The notes under the pieces: generated by a model
Seen by the model: only the letters and a program-made list of their open reading frames with translations
Databases searched by the model: none
What the model was told of the DNA's origin: nothing
Shown here: one piece after another, positions 1-13,884 of the stretch
How the letters are laid out: every line of letters starts with the position of its first letter
Position numbering within the stretch: the stretch's first letter is position 1
Position numbers and translations under genes: made by a program
Source of the DNA: Moniliella sp. 'wahieum'
Taxonomy: Eukaryota
Assembly (NCBI GenBank): GCA_003971905.1
Contig: RSEE01000028.1
Location: 434,001 to 498,000, forward strand
Length of the DNA stretch: 64,000 nucleotides
Direction: 5' to 3'

Positions 1-9
1 ATTGCCTCA

Positions 10-3000
10 TTGGCCTCATCCCCACTACAGATCAAGCAAGAGACACAACCCCAGCATATGGCACCCTATGACTTCCTCAAAGATGCTCCCGAAGTGAAGA
101 AAAAATCTTTCTTTACCAACCGTCGCCCAAGCCAACTCGCCTTGCGCCTCAAGGATACCAGCCCCGAGCCTACTTCGTCATCTTCTCAGCTTCACAGCTC
201 AGCGAGCTCAAGCTTGTTGGTCTCTCAGAACCACCACCCGCTTCGCCAGGGTCAGACAGGGGGGCTGAGTCTGCTTTCTCGTGCATTCCTCCTTCAGGCC
301 CTACTACATCGCCCTCCCCTCCTTTCGTCGAAGCGTCACAGGGAAGATCTGTACCTGCGGCGGTCGCTTTTTCTGCTCCAGCCCGGTCCCTCTCATCTTT
401 TTCTTACCTGCAACCATCGTCTCCTTCTGACACTCTTCACTCGCCAACCCACCACAGGGTTTTATGTCACCCACGGCTGCCTCTGTGCAAGGTAAGGATA
501 AGCCCGGTATGACTCCTCTCCCGCCCTCTGAAGATGTGTTATTTCGCCGTCAGCCGTGCCGGGCGATGGGGGGAGTGTGCATGGGGCAGGTCAGATGACC
601 GGGATTGGAAGAGGGAGCAGCACCTCTTCCTCAGTTGGTGTCACAACCATCGACAGAAGCGCCCCCGACGTGGCCCACACTACACCACCCTTGGACTTTG
701 ATGACTATCTCAAGCACGCCGAGTGGACTAAAGTCATTTATTCTACCGGCGAGTCATACATTTCCTCAGCTCCAGCACAAGTCAGTTCGTCTTCCCCGTC
801 TTTTGCCTTTGGTATGCAGGCCAAGGACGCAAGCATCGACAATTTGTTGCTCTCCCCCTATTGGGGTTGCGTTCGCCCAGCCGGGCACGTTCACGGCGCC
901 GCAAAGGTCATCTTCGCCCCTCGTTTTCCGATTCAATGCATGACACAGATCCTGTTTCAAGCTCACCGCCACCCGCAACGATACCTATGGCAACAGGCAT
1001 GTCAAGCTTGGGATCGTTGGCCCAGTTGGCCAATGCCTTCCGCGACGCGCGCAACAAGGACAAAAATGGACAGGCACAACCTCGTTTAAGCCTCCGGACG
1101 TTATGATGCCTATACACCCATTTCCACAATCCGCGTTGGATGCGACGGGGAGCGGGGTCGACTTACCTTTGCCGGGGGGGTTGCCAGAGCTGACTGACCT
1201 GGTCCCCTCAGGACCATCAGATGACCTGCTTTTCCCTAGATATGTCTCGTCCTGTAAGTCAAGCGGGTAGCTCCGTGGGCGGTGGCTGTGCAGGAGCCGG
1301 TCATTCAGTTTCCAGCCTTCATGATGGGTTGCGTGCCTATGCACCCTCTGAAACGGCTGGAGGGTGACCAGCGACCTGGCCTACACATCTCATTCGTTTT
1401 CAGCCCGCTCCGAGGGGACGGGAGGAGTGTACGGCGGTGCATCAATGCCTGATTTGGGCATTAGCCCTCCCACTGAGACGATGGAAGGAGTCCCCACGGG
1501 ACGACGTCCGTCGGTTCAATCGCAGAAACGTATCTCTTTCAAAGGACGTACGCTCTTGCGCCATTTACGCACCAAAAGCAGCGAAGGTTTGTGGGCCACC
1601 AAAATCCGACAGACAACACCGTCGCCCAATCCACGCCCGCCTACTTTCTTTCACGATTCAGCTCCCGCACCTCCGTGCGGGGCTGGCGCATCTTCTCGAC
1701 CTTCTGCGTTGGCTGCCACAATGCTCCCACATACAACCTCCGAGGGCAAGTCGGGTCCGACATCGACTTTAACAGTCGTGACAAACGCAACGGGCAGTTC
1801 GTTCTCCTCACTAAACGATCAACCACCGTGCCACTTACCTTCAACGTCCACCGGCGACGGTGTCCCTATGGGCCCGCGCCGCCAGTCGGACGAGCATGAG
1901 TTACTGGCGATGGACTCGAAATACCCCCCCACGACGCCGACCATACCCATTTCGCCTTTGACAGTTCCATGCCACAGGAATGCGAGCAAGAGAGACGAGT
2001 GCAACGGCGCTCAGGCGGTGCTCTCCAAGACATCCATCATTTCCCCGCTTGCGCCACGTTCAGATTTGTTGGATTCTCTTGTCTCGGCTCCGGACAATTA
2101 CCTGCGCCTCACTCCGACCGATTCACCCGAAGACCTGTGGGCGGCGCTGCAGGCCACTCGTGCTGCCGCCATCTTTCTCCAGCTCCATGCACCGGGCAGC
2201 GCAAACCAGGGTAGAAAACTGGGGGTCTTATCCGAAGCTTCTTCGCCCGATCTGATGTCAGCCCCATTGGCAGTTGATGCACCGCCCCCATCATCAAGCT
2301 TGAACTCTGCAGCCAATTTGTCTTCGGATCTGTACCCTGATTCGAGTCCCCAATCTCTGAAGCACATGTTGGATACGTTGGCTTTATCTGTTGTTCCATC
2401 GTCTCCTGCTTTGGCCAACAGCAGTGCCACGGAGAAAGAGAAGAGACCGTCTCTTCTGTCGACCACTCGCCCGCAAAGGGGCCAAATCGTTCGGCTGAAC
2501 CTGGTGGTTCATCTACGATGTCCACCCCGTTCCCTGGTTGGTCTGCAGCCTATGCACGTCACGCGACTGATCCCAACACTTTGTCCTCATTTCTTTCTGT
2601 CCAGAAAAAAATGAGAGGAGGGTTTCGGCATCGCGCTTACTCGGCGGGAGCCAAACCGGGAATGGCCGTGCAGCCCAAACCATCCCACGCCAACCCTGTT
2701 TCCCAAACCGACGAATCGTCCTGTCGTATCGCGGCGGAAGATCCCACGCCATACTCACTTAGGTCGCCTCCCACGCCCACCACCGCCATTACCCCGTGCA
2801 CACCTGCCGCTTGGTCGGCCTCTCTCCTCAGCCCCACGCTCACTACTCCTATCTCACCTCTCACCCCCAACTCACGGCGCAGCTTCTCCGTGGTTGGCGA
2901 AGGATCTTCCGTGCCCCTGGCAGGGTACGAGGGCGCAGCGGACCTTCCCTCTCCGCCTGGCCCCGTCCCTCCTCTGGCATATCCATCGTTACCGGATTTA

Positions 3001-3393
3001 TCCTCTCCGACACCCCGGTTCTCGCATAGCCCCCAGCCCGAGCTGCGACCAGGGACGAGAACGGGTGGTGCCGCTGATCTGCTGACGCCCCATCAGCGCG
3101 TTCAAAGCGACGGAAACGGTGTAGAGCTGGCGCCTCCATTTGCTTTCCGTCCGCCTCCCCTTCCAAGAAAACTTCGATCGCCCCGCCCAACTGCCCTGAT
3201 GATGAGTGGCGACTCTGTGGGGCGGGATGGGGGATCGGGACCCACTGCCGACGCGGCCGCCTACCTTGCCCTGGCCCGGTCCCGGATCAACGAGCAAGAT
3301 GCCGAACTGTATGCCCGCTTCTTGCGTGGGACAGAGGCCCGCCTGAGCCAGCAACAGCAAGGCGGCGGCCGGAGTGGCACTGCGGTGGCTTAA
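10..3393 (+). CDS. Hypothetical Ser/Pro-rich low-complexity protein (probably one frameshifted gene; may start before the window)
   Basis: Consecutive + strand ORFs (10-495, 556-1089, 1364-2614, 2518-3393) with similar S/P-rich composition. The last ends at TAA 3393 and is followed by a T-rich 3' region. No recognisable domain. Confidence 0.5.
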
Positions 3394-3526
3394 GCACCTT
3401 CCTTATACTTTTGCTCTTTTTCCTCTCATCGCTTTTGCGCACATACTCTCACTTTACGTTGTCGTTCGTGCCGTTCTCTCTCGCCAGCGAGAAGAAGTAT
3501 GTGTGGCATAATATATTTCGTAAGGC

Positions 3527-3619
3527 TCTTCGTCTTCGTCTTCGTCTTCGTCTTCGTCTTCTTCGTCTTCGTCTTCGTCTTCGTCTCGTCTCGTCGTCTT
3601 CGTCTTCGTCTTCGTCTTC
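3527..3619. repeat. (TCTTCG)n hexanucleotide microsatellite, about 15 units with interruptions
   Basis: Directly visible tandem tcttcgtcttcg run. Confidence 0.95.
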
Positions 3620-3957
3620 ATCAGCGTATGCGTTCAACGTTCATCGTCAGTTCTAATTCAAGTTAAAGTCATACTGTTTTCTACCCTTATGTACTACCTC
3701 CACCCCCGCACGCCACAAGTCCCATAATGACTGCGGAAAGGCAACAGTGGATGGGTGCTGTGGATGTGTCTACTCTATAGTAGCAGCTAGGTTTTCAAGC
3801 GAGCCATCGTTCTCGTGTGCGGGGTAGACTTGGAGCTTGGGCTGTGTTCGAAGCACACGACCAGTCTGGCCTCGCAAACATCCTTGTCGCCGCCAGCAGT
3901 CTGGTGCAGATCGATACATGGTACACCCGCACAACGGATAATGGCCGAGGGCCTTGG

Positions 3958-4179
3958 AGCTTGAAGCTTGACTGGCTTTGCCTGTCATGCACACGTTGGA
4001 ACCCTGAAATTTCAAGTCCAAGCCGCCCCGCGTAAGCAATACATCACAGGATCACCTCAGACCTGGCATGTCACATGTCACAGCGGGGTGGCCGCGGCGG
4101 AATGCAGGATGCGACGCGTCGGAGCAGGCACAGGGCAAGTGCGTGGCGGTGCGCCTCAACGCTGATGCATGATGCATGA
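3958..4179. repeat. 7-bp TNA+palindrome arrays upstream of SCC2
   Basis: AGCT-TGA-AGCT-TGA (3958-3971), CATG-TCA-CATG-TCA (4067-4080) and TGA-TGCA-TGA-TGCA-TGA (4163-4179). Confidence 0.85.
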
Positions 4180-4734
4180 TGGGGGGATGCGCGGACGCGG
4201 GATGGGCATGCAGGATGCAGGATGGGACGCGGGACGGGACGGGACGCGAGGCGAGGCGAGGCGCGTCGCGTGCAGCGGAACGCCCTGCGGACACCCGCTC
4301 TGCACAGACGCACAGACGCAGCAGACGCAGCAGACGCAGCAGACGCAGCAACCGCAGCACCGCAGCACCGCAGACGCACCCCACCCCACCCCCTGGCAAC
4401 TGCCGCAATGCCGCCGTATCCGTCGCTGGCGCTTCCGTCGGGGCGCAAGGAGGCGCGGCAGCATGCTGCGACGAGCGTGTGCGCGCCGCCGCTCGCAGAT
4501 GCGCAGTGTCCTCTCTGCTGCCCGCGTCCAGGGCTTTGGCCCTCCCGACCGCCCTGCCCGCCCCCGCCCCGCATTCACCCGCGCCTCGCGCCCACCTCGG
4601 CCGCCGCCCCGCCCGCTGCGCCCACCGCCACGCCCATCGTGCCTGGCGCGCCCATGCCCACGCACACACCAGGCCCCCCCACCCCCCCCACCCCCAAACG
4701 CATCCCCCTCCCACCCCCCCCCCCCGCGTCCCTC

Positions 4735-7700
4735 ATGCTCGCCGCCCCGCCGTCACCGGTGGCTTCTACGGCCCCGCTGCCACTCCCTCTTCCCGCGCCA
4801 AGCGCCCCATTAGCGCTACCCCCCGTCCACTGTCTCGCCCCCCGCCGTCCAAGCGCCTCCGCCCGGCCGACGGCCACCGCAGCAGTGGCAGTGGCACCGA
4901 CTCCGACTCCGACGAGGACGAGGAGGACGAGGGCCTGGGCCTTGGCACCCTTCTCCGCTCCGCTCAAACACGTTCGACACCATTGAATGCGCGTCACCCC
5001 CCAACTCCTTTGCCGCAAGCACAAATGCCCGACTCGGACGCTACCTTCGCCCCTTCGCCCCTCCTCTCTCCTGCCTCCCGCCCTCCCCGGTGCATTGAGT
5101 GAATCGGATAGTGACGATGGGGTCGGTCTTGGTGTCCTGGCTGCTACCTCTGCCTGTGTCTCGGATCCGCTCCTGCTCCCCGCCCTGCACGCAAGACACT
5201 TGCCACTGGAGGCCGCACTCGTCGCACGCCCGCCCCTACTAGTCCCGCATCTGGTCTCACCATCACCCCTACCCCCGCGGCACTTTCTGCTGTGCACTCT
5301 GGACCAAAGAGCGACCGTGACCCCATCTCAACCACAACCACCCGCACCAACACTGATATGAAAATCCCAAACTGGCACAGCCGCCGCCGCGTCGGCGCAT
5401 AAGCTCAGAGTTACGAACTCCTGCGCCTGCGCGCCTCAACGCGTGGCCGTATCTGATTCCGAGTCGGAGCTATCTGATTCTTATTTGGATCTTGATGCAT
5501 ATGAGGAGGAAGGGGAGGATGTGGAAGACGATCAGATCATGCTGCTTGGACCAAAGCGCCGCGGGGAACCTCGAACATCTAGGGTGACACGAGTACTCAA
5601 CCCAGCTTCAACATTACCTGCCAAGCGATTGCAAAAGGTACTCGATGATCTGTTTGAGGACGACGATTCCGTTCCCGTTCCCACCGAGTTGGCCCAATTG
5701 GCTGCCGCGCATAGACCCTGGACGAGTACTTGGCTCCACCACATTTCTGGCACCCGTGCCCGTGTTGTGCTCCGTCCTCACGCCGTCGTCCAACTAACTA
5801 AGCTTGTCAAGGCCGCAACATTGCCCTTTGCCATGCGAGCCGCCTCGGACGTGCGTGACCTTGCCACCCTCGAGTCGCTGTTTCCTCTTCCAAGGCAGCT
5901 GTCGGACCTCGACCCTAGCTTGCTCGCGCGCCTTGCCCGTATTCTTACCCGCACTGCCGCTGCGGAGGAGGACGATCCCGATCCCCGCCCACCTGCTATC
6001 CTCTCTTCTGGAGCCAAGGCGACTGGTGATGACGGAACCGAGACTCTAGATCTTGAGGCTGAGCGCAAAGAGGTGAGTAGATTTGCTACCCTCAGCGCAC
6101 TGCCTGCACTGCAGCCGAGTGCTTGCCACCCTCCTTCTGCCCCGCTCGTTCCTGCAAGCCTGTTGCGGGAGGATGCATTTACTTCCTCCCTCGATGCTGT
6201 CAAGTCCGTCTCAGAGTTACTTTTGCCCCTCACCGACTCGGCCACCCTCGCGACTCCTCCCACGATGCTGTCTTCTCGTTTCTTTGCATCGATAGCTCAG
6301 GATCTTTCTCGTTCTGCCGAAGCGGACTGGGAATCGCCCGGCTCCGAGGCAGCACACCTCTCGGCGGTGCAATGTGCAGCATCGTTGCAGCACCTCCTCT
6401 CCTCCACCCGCTCGGCCATGCGAGCCTTGGCAACTTTGCTCGAAACGGCACCCCTTCCTCCTAGTGAGCAGTGGCCATTTCTGCTTCCGATCTGGCCCTT
6501 ACAGCATTTTTCCTCCCTGCGGCAGACGACGAGCGGATCAACAATGAGGTCGCACCCAAACCCAAGTCTACCACCAAAGCCAAGGGGAAGGGGAAGGGGA
6601 AACCCACGAAACGGCGGGGAGCCAACACCGCTGATTTCCCGCACACTTCCTCGGCCGACTTGTGGAATGCGGTAGCCGATCCCAATGCACTCTCCCGCCG
6701 CCGGGCACCGGAGCTCTGGGGGGAAGGCATGGGGGGACCCCTCGCACCTGTGGCCCAGGCCGTGCTACGACCCTCTTTGCCCGCACCCCTTCCAGCGGGG
6801 TTGGATTGTTGATGAGTTGGTCAGCTCCTTGATTCGGTTCCCCCTCCCACCCCCGTCGCCGTCTAGGGATGAGAGTGTTTGCGAACCGCGAGCTCCCCAT
6901 GCCTCCTCCTACACCTCATTCAGGCTGCCGTTAAGATGCCGACGCTCCCTGACAAGGACGAGGAGGAAGAAGGCGAGGGTAGGAATCATGCCGAGGAGGT
7001 GGGCTGTCCCAGCAAGATCCTCCTCAGTTGGATGAGGGCAGGGATGGAACCGATCCTGAATCCTGCATTGGCGAATGCGCTTGACTGACCCCCTCGCAGG
7101 TCCCAAAGCTGTGGTGGGGGTAGTGGCGCGTGTGTTGGTGGGAAGGCTTCCAGTCTGTCCACCGCTGTGGACGCCCGGGGTGGAGAAGTACTGGCCTCGC
7201 TCGTTGCCGATGTAGGAGGATGCCTGGGTCAACGGCCTGGCCGGGGGCTGCAATGTTGGTTGAGCGTCTTCCTCGGCCCTTCTTGCTTTACTTCAGCTAC
7301 CCTCGCGCGCTGCATCGCCCCCTGAAGGCAAACTTCACCCCTCTTCGCGGGGCGGCGATCGATGTTTTAGCTCGCTTGTTAGGCAGTGTCTCTGCGGTGG
7401 AGTCTCGCTTAGCTCCGCTGTCCCCTCCCAAAGCAGCCGAGCCAGCGATCAAGGTGGTGTCTGGCGCATCTGCAGTCCCCTTGCCATCGGATGAGATGGA
7501 GGTGGACCAGAATCGGATCAACCCGAGAAAGAGGTACCCCCTTTGGAGCTGATGGACCATGGTCGACCAGCCTCTGAGCTTCCTCTCATCCGTCGATGCA
7601 GTCGAAGGCACGGTGCAGGCTTACGCCTATTGATTTCTTGTGGGGTCGATGCTCCACCCGTGTCTGCTCGCGAGGAAGCGCATCGGTTTTGGTTTGCCCA

Positions 7701-10700
7701 GGCCTGGGCAGAGGTGCAGCAACTGCGTCGAAGTGCAGAAGAGGTATGAGCCCCCCGACTGCTGTGGATAATATATGAGGCTCAGATGGAGCCTCGTACC
7801 CTTCGCCCGCGGACCTGGAACATGCACGCCAACTGATGACGACAACCGAGAATGCCCAGTCTGTCTTGGCTGCCGCCTGGCGGTCATCCATTGGGTCAAG
7901 TGCATCAAAGCGGGCTCAATCGGACTGTGCCATGGCCATGGCACGCGCATCGTGGGCGCTCGCCCTGGCTACCGTGCGTCGGACCCCCTTGGCGACGATC
8001 CAAACGATCCTTGTGGAAAGTTTGAACGACATGTGGTGGGCAACCGCACGCGTGCGCTCCGGGCACTAGCCACCATGACAGAGCGGCTCTGGTCCGACGC
8101 TCAGCTTACAGAGACGGTCCTATCCCGTTTAGCCGATACATCGCCCAGCGTACGAGATGCCGCTCTACAGCTGGTGGGGAACCATGTTCTCTCCCAGTTT
8201 GCGTCTGCCTAACGCGATCCCCTCGTTGCGTTGCGGGCGTATGCGCCTATTTTACTGGGCGTGCTCACGACGCATCCCTTTCGGTACGAAAACGTGCCTT
8301 GCGCTTATGTGCTGCGGCCTACGCGGCACTTGGTCCACCAGCGATGAGGTATGTTTCCCCTGCTCACTGGTGCAATGGCCAAACCTAGGCACTGACTGAA
8401 TCCGTTTATTATCTAGCCTACCGAAGAAATGGACGAGATGCGGTCCAACTTGCCCTCGTTCTCGTTCGAGCTGTCGGAGATGACGATACTGCTGTGCAGC
8501 AGTTGGCACTGGACGAGATGCAAGAGTTTGGTTTGGTCTTGGATCTTCCTCGCCCGCTCCAGTCATGAGCAAGAACGGCAAGTCGGAGCACAAGTTGATC
8601 AAGCAAGAGTCGCAGGCCCACGGAATCGCTCGTTGCTCATGCGCGCATCATTACCTCCGTCTGTGGACAGTGCAGGAGCGGCCGTCCCCACTCGAGGACA
8701 TTTTCCGTCGGGTCGGGCGTCCGTCTACGCCGGCCGGAGCTGGCTTGGGTGCCCGTGACCCCCTCACGCCGAGGGTTTGGAACGGGCTTGCCGTGCGTTG
8801 GTCGATCATCTCCTTGCAGCCCTCGTTGGGCTCGAGCCAGCCGGAGGAAAATTTACCGACTGGATGGCCACCGTTCACACCATCGTCGTTGCTCACCCGA
8901 CTGCTTTGAGCGTGGCACGGACCAAAGCGTTACTCCCGTATCTTCGTGCAGCCCAGGGATCCGCCGAACTTCGCATTGCCGAACTCATCATTCGCATCCT
9001 TCGAGCACGTCTTCCATCCCTTCCTCGTACAGCTCGTCTCTTTGCCGAAAAACTTCAAACCACCTTGGCGGCAGCTCAACCGTGTGCCTGCCGGCGTAGC
9101 CCCACTGGCTCCGTTCCTGCAAGTCCTCGTTGCTACCTTCTCGACGGCGGCCAACACATTGACCCTCAGCTTTGGCTTGCTGGTCGCATGGCAGCTGCCG
9201 CTTGGAAACGCTGGAAGGAATCGGTTGTCTACTCAGAAGATGGCGTCCCCCTTCCCCCCACACGCGCCATTGCGCTGGCCACCTCTCTCACTGCACTTTT
9301 GATTGAACATACCGATTTCGATGCTCTGAGGGTGAGCGAGCCCGAGACCATGGTCCCGCTTGACGCGGTGGTACCTCCGGGACAAGAGGTCCGCGCAAGC
9401 CTGGTGACCGACCTTCTTTCATTTTTGCCCATCCCATCCTGGCGTCCTCTGGCGCTTCGGGCACTCGGATTTCTCCTTCGCCGCCACGCGCAGTTGTGGA
9501 CCAGACCTGATGTCGCACAAGCCATATCCCAATCCCTTCCACCCCCTTACGCTACCCAACCTACCCAGCCCGACGCAGAGGAGCTGCTCAGCGCTCACGT
9601 CATCTCATTTTGACTACCATGACAGAGTTCCTCGCTTTGGACGACGAACGCCTAGAGGAGGCAACAACCAAGCGCGAGCGTGAGGCTGTCCAACTGGCCC
9701 GTACTGCTGGACGTTCAGCCCGTGCTGAGCTTTTGGTGGGTGAGACGGACACCCTGGCTGATTCGAGGTACGTTTCCCTTTCCCTCTATTTTTGTCTCTG
9801 TTCCATGGGTGCCAGAACTAACCTACTCGTGTTGGTAGTGTGAGCACACAAGTTATTCAACAGTACCTCGAGCCCGTCTTGGCGTGCCTAGGAAATCCGG
9901 CGGCCCCTGCCATACAGACGCTAGCACTCGAGGTGGTCCGTCATACGGTCTTGCGCGGTCTAGCTCATCCGCTCCAATGCTCCCCGCTCTGATCGGGCTG
10001 GAAACTTCGTCGGATGCACGTTTGGCCACGCGTGCTGCCACGCTCCACTTGCACCTTTCCAATCGGCACGCTTCGCTCTTCATGTCCGTTGGCCTGACCA
10101 TATCAAGGCAGCTTTTGACTACCACCTGGCTGAGCACGAGGCTCTCCGCACTAAGGAATTGGCCATTTCCTCCAGCGAAGGTCGGGACCCGGTGCCCGAA
10201 CCCATGCTCCGTGGCTTCCAGATGGGGGAGGGGATGCCACGGCCCTGTTGGGGTCTTGGTATGCATTGGTGGTGCCAAAACGGGCGGCACGGGTCGAGTT
10301 TCTCAAAGCATTGGTTCGAATGGTGGACGTCGATGTTTCTCTTCCTGTGACGGACGAGCGATGGCCCTAGCCCGTTTTGCCGCGGATAATTAGCCACGCT
10401 CCCATACAAGGGGCAAGACGAGGTGATCCAAGTGGTGCACGAGTTGATCGTTATGCTCACCTTGAGTGGCATGCAGACCTTGGCCGTTGCGGCAGCGTAT
10501 GGTCAGAGGATCGAAGCTGAGACGGTACCTGTCTTGCCTAGGGCTCAGGGGCTGGCACCGACAGCCCGTGCACGGCTGGCCCCTTTTCCGACGCAGCCTC
10601 CTCCCCACCCCCCTTGTCCAGCCCGATCGGTCCCCGTCCCGCCTGGCCTCGAGCCCCTTGCGGCAGGCCACCGCTCTCCTTCTCGCGCAACGGCTTCCTC

Positions 10701-11610
10701 GCCCTCTGGCCCAACGCGACGCAGCCTGCGTGACCGCAAAGACGTCTTTTACGGCTCTTCGTACGTTGCCTTTTCGCTCTGGTTCTGTTCTGGGGTTACT
10801 AACTGTCTCTTGTTCCAGTCGGAGGACGAGTCGGAGAAGGAAACAGCAAGTGAAGACGATGGAACGGCAAGCCCATCTAAATCCACCTCCACCGCGCACG
10901 AAGATGAAGGCTTAGAATCGTCCGATTCGAGCAACAGCAGTGACGATGGTGGTGCCAGTGATTGGAGCGACGCCGAACGAAAGCTGCAAGCGTCTAAGGT
11001 GGCCAGAGCAAGCCCAAACTCAAGCGACTGGCGCATGGCTTGACGGCCCAGCCACCCCTCGCGTCGCCGCCCGTACCCTCGGCATGCACACTGTGCCCGG
11101 CGCCGAGATTCTGGCGTTGGATATGAACCTAGATGGGGACGGGAATGGGGACGCGGAGCTTCCTTCTTCACAGGGCGGCGCCAAGCCTACCATGGCGGAC
11201 CATGCGCGTGCGGCACTCGCCATGTCCATCGCCTTGGGGTTGCGGATGCATCTTCGTTGGCTGTACCGGGTGACCGATGCCCAGCTCACGCGCCACGCAC
11301 AGCTGGTGAGCGCTGGAACGCGTCGGCGCGGCCGGGTGCAGGAGGCGTCCAATCGTCAAGCCAACCTGCGTGCGTTGGAGGATCCGGCTCATATGGCATT
11401 GGATCTGGAAACGCCGCTCAAGGCAGTACAGCAAGCCGTGCTGGATGCGATTCCCGCGCCGACTTGGAAGGAATCGGGCAAGAGGGCGTTGCAGCGGACA
11501 AGATGCGTGTGTCAACGGACTTGCATGTGCTGCGTCTGTTCCAGGAGCTCGTCGCTTCCGATGCCCCGGTGGAGATGGAGGATGATTTGTCGGATTCGGA
11601 CGAGGACTAA
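4735..11610 (+). CDS. SCC2: Cohesin loader Scc2/Mis4/Nipped-B HEAT-repeat protein (multi-exon, frameshifted in assembly)
   Basis: Cohesin_HEAT-type motif RTRALRALATMTE...VLSRLADTSPSVRDAALQLVG at ~8046-8180. Nipped-B_C-like segments (LADS; LIGLETSSDARLA; FAADNLATLPY-like; EVIQVVHEL). Introns at about 8349-8417, 9768-9838 and 10761-10818. Acidic C-terminus ends at TAA 11610. Start codon uncertain. Confidence 0.85.
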
Positions 11611-13884
11611 ACTGCAAACCACTGAGCGGTTCGACTAACCACCGAACATCTCGGAATGCGCAACTGAACGTGAACATGCGGGTGTCTAGCTCCCGCTGTC
11701 CATGTTTTGCTGCGATCACATCGATCAAGCAAATGACACTAGCTTGTGGTTCCTCGCCACAAGCATGTCAAAACACCCTACCCTGCACATACCTATACTG
11801 TTTTCTCACCGCAATTCCATGTGTTTCGATGTCAGTCGGATGGTGTCAAGTAGTCGGGTGGGTCAAGATTTTCTTCCTATAGGATCACGTCGATCACAGT
11901 GGGGTGTGTACGGAGGAGACTGCGTGTATTATGGAGATCGAGAGAGGACAATATAAAGGCTCGGACAAGAGCAAATCGAACTTCAACCGAAATGGTTGCC
12001 CATAGACGGACGATAAGAAACTGGATGACCAACAACACAAGAGTTGTTGGTCACACTGAAAAAGCTACTGTGATCTGTGTTCTGTTGGGACAGCCAGAGA
12101 GCTTGAAAATCGAGAAGGTTGTCTGTGCTGGGTTAATTGCGTTAACTGGGGATCATGCATAATGGCAAAGCATGTTTACACCACACAGTGAAGACGAAGT
12201 GAATATAATAGACAAAATGGCCAGCTATAGGGAGGAAAGCGTGTAGGCCAAGGCTAGACGCCACATTGAGGCTAGAGTAAAGACAAAAAGTAAACGAAGG
12301 AAGCTGGAAAACCAAGTCCACACAGCCTTCAGTCAGGAACACGGACCAAGAGGGATTATCGATTAACGTTCTATGAACAGGCTCTCAGCACCCACAGTCA
12401 GGAACGGGAAAAGCATGAGCCGGCGAATCTCGCACCGAGAATGGAACGCATAAATCCGCGGACGCTCAACTTAGAGCCCACGCATGCTTATAATACGCGC
12501 GAAAAAGGTTCAGTACAAAAAGGATAGTTAGGAGACGTGTGAGATCTCGAGATACATATTGAAGCAATACTAGGAAGGACCAATAAAAGGCAATTCGCGG
12601 ACCATCTCGGTCTTAAAAAACAGACTCGATCCAAGTGATACAGATCGAAGGCAGAGACTTGCTCCGTTTGAACACAAAACGGAATTTACATCTGATTGTA
12701 GAAGGTTTCGTGCTACCCGGGGGAAATGATCGGGAGAAGAATGGGGAACACACAGTATATAGAATTGGAACCGCATGCATGGCTTCCCTTATTGGCCGAC
12801 GGGGATGCCCAACCACCGATTATGTGCACTGTATCGATCCGAGATGGGCATTTAACGCTTAACTGCAGAAAGAGTTGGAGCGACACAGAAGGACACAACG
12901 ATCGTTGAAACACCTATCAATCTTTAGAAAGAGACCATAATCAGCGAGTATACTATATTGATTTTTAGCATCGAGTCGAGAGCGAAGAGAGAAGTCTCAA
13001 TTGGGTGTTGATGTTATCCGATTATCTCCGAACGCCGAGCCCCGCATCAGTCGTAGACATCTCATCCAGACACGCGTCAGTCCTGTTAGACTAGCGAGAG
13101 AGAGCCAGTCGACATCTTATCCATGCTGCAGATATCATCCGCGACCCGCCATGGTCGCATGGTGGGTTCATCGGTACGATGCTTCGTGCCCATTGCGTCC
13201 AGTCTTGGCGGAACCCTCCCTGTTGCGCCCGACTACGCAGCGCAGCGTCAGAGCGCCTTTGAGAGCACGGTATGTGCATTGGTTTTTACCTCTCTGGAAA
13301 GTGCCCGCATTTGTCTATACCTGTCATATAGGGCACTTGAGGCCTGGTTCCTTCTGTTCTATAGTATAAGCACAGCCATGTCTAAGGCTTGCTAGCTGAG
13401 GCCCTTGTCGACCATCCTGTCTTTGGTCTCCCCGACTACCTGTTCCTCTCTCGCCCTTCCGCCTTTTACCATCCTTACGCTTACGAACTTACGAGTTACG
13501 TCGAGTACGCTGCAAGCCGCGGTTACTCTCATCAGTAGCGCTTGCTCTTCTTTAGGACTCTGTCTGTTCCCGCCTGGTACGCTGTGTGGTAACGCTGCGA
13601 GGAACAAAGTAACTTCGGAGCTCCTGGACCCCTCCAGCTGGTCTAACGACCTACATACGCGGCTCCTGCCTCGAAGGGTCTGAGCTGCGACCTCTGCACA
13701 CTGGCAGTCACCCAAACTAGACGGTCTCTCCCTCGCCTTTACGCCCGCGCGGTTCACCCACCAGGTTCTGAAGCAGGACCTAACGTACAAGACATCGATT
13801 GGCTGTGCAAGGGTTTATATCCCTATATAAACTACAGGAGGGGTCCATGACACTTGACGTGGACAGAGAGTTCAGTACTATAAG

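Noticed and set aside
3411..3656. Poly-Arg/Leu-Arg ORFs
   Set aside because: They are translations of the (TCTTCG)n microsatellite.
4052..4730. Multiple long overlapping ORFs in very GC-rich DNA (also 32313-33281, 52661-53863, 61362-62759)
   Set aside because: These are stop-poor GC-rich promoter/UTR sequences or antisense shadows of real genes, with no domain signal.
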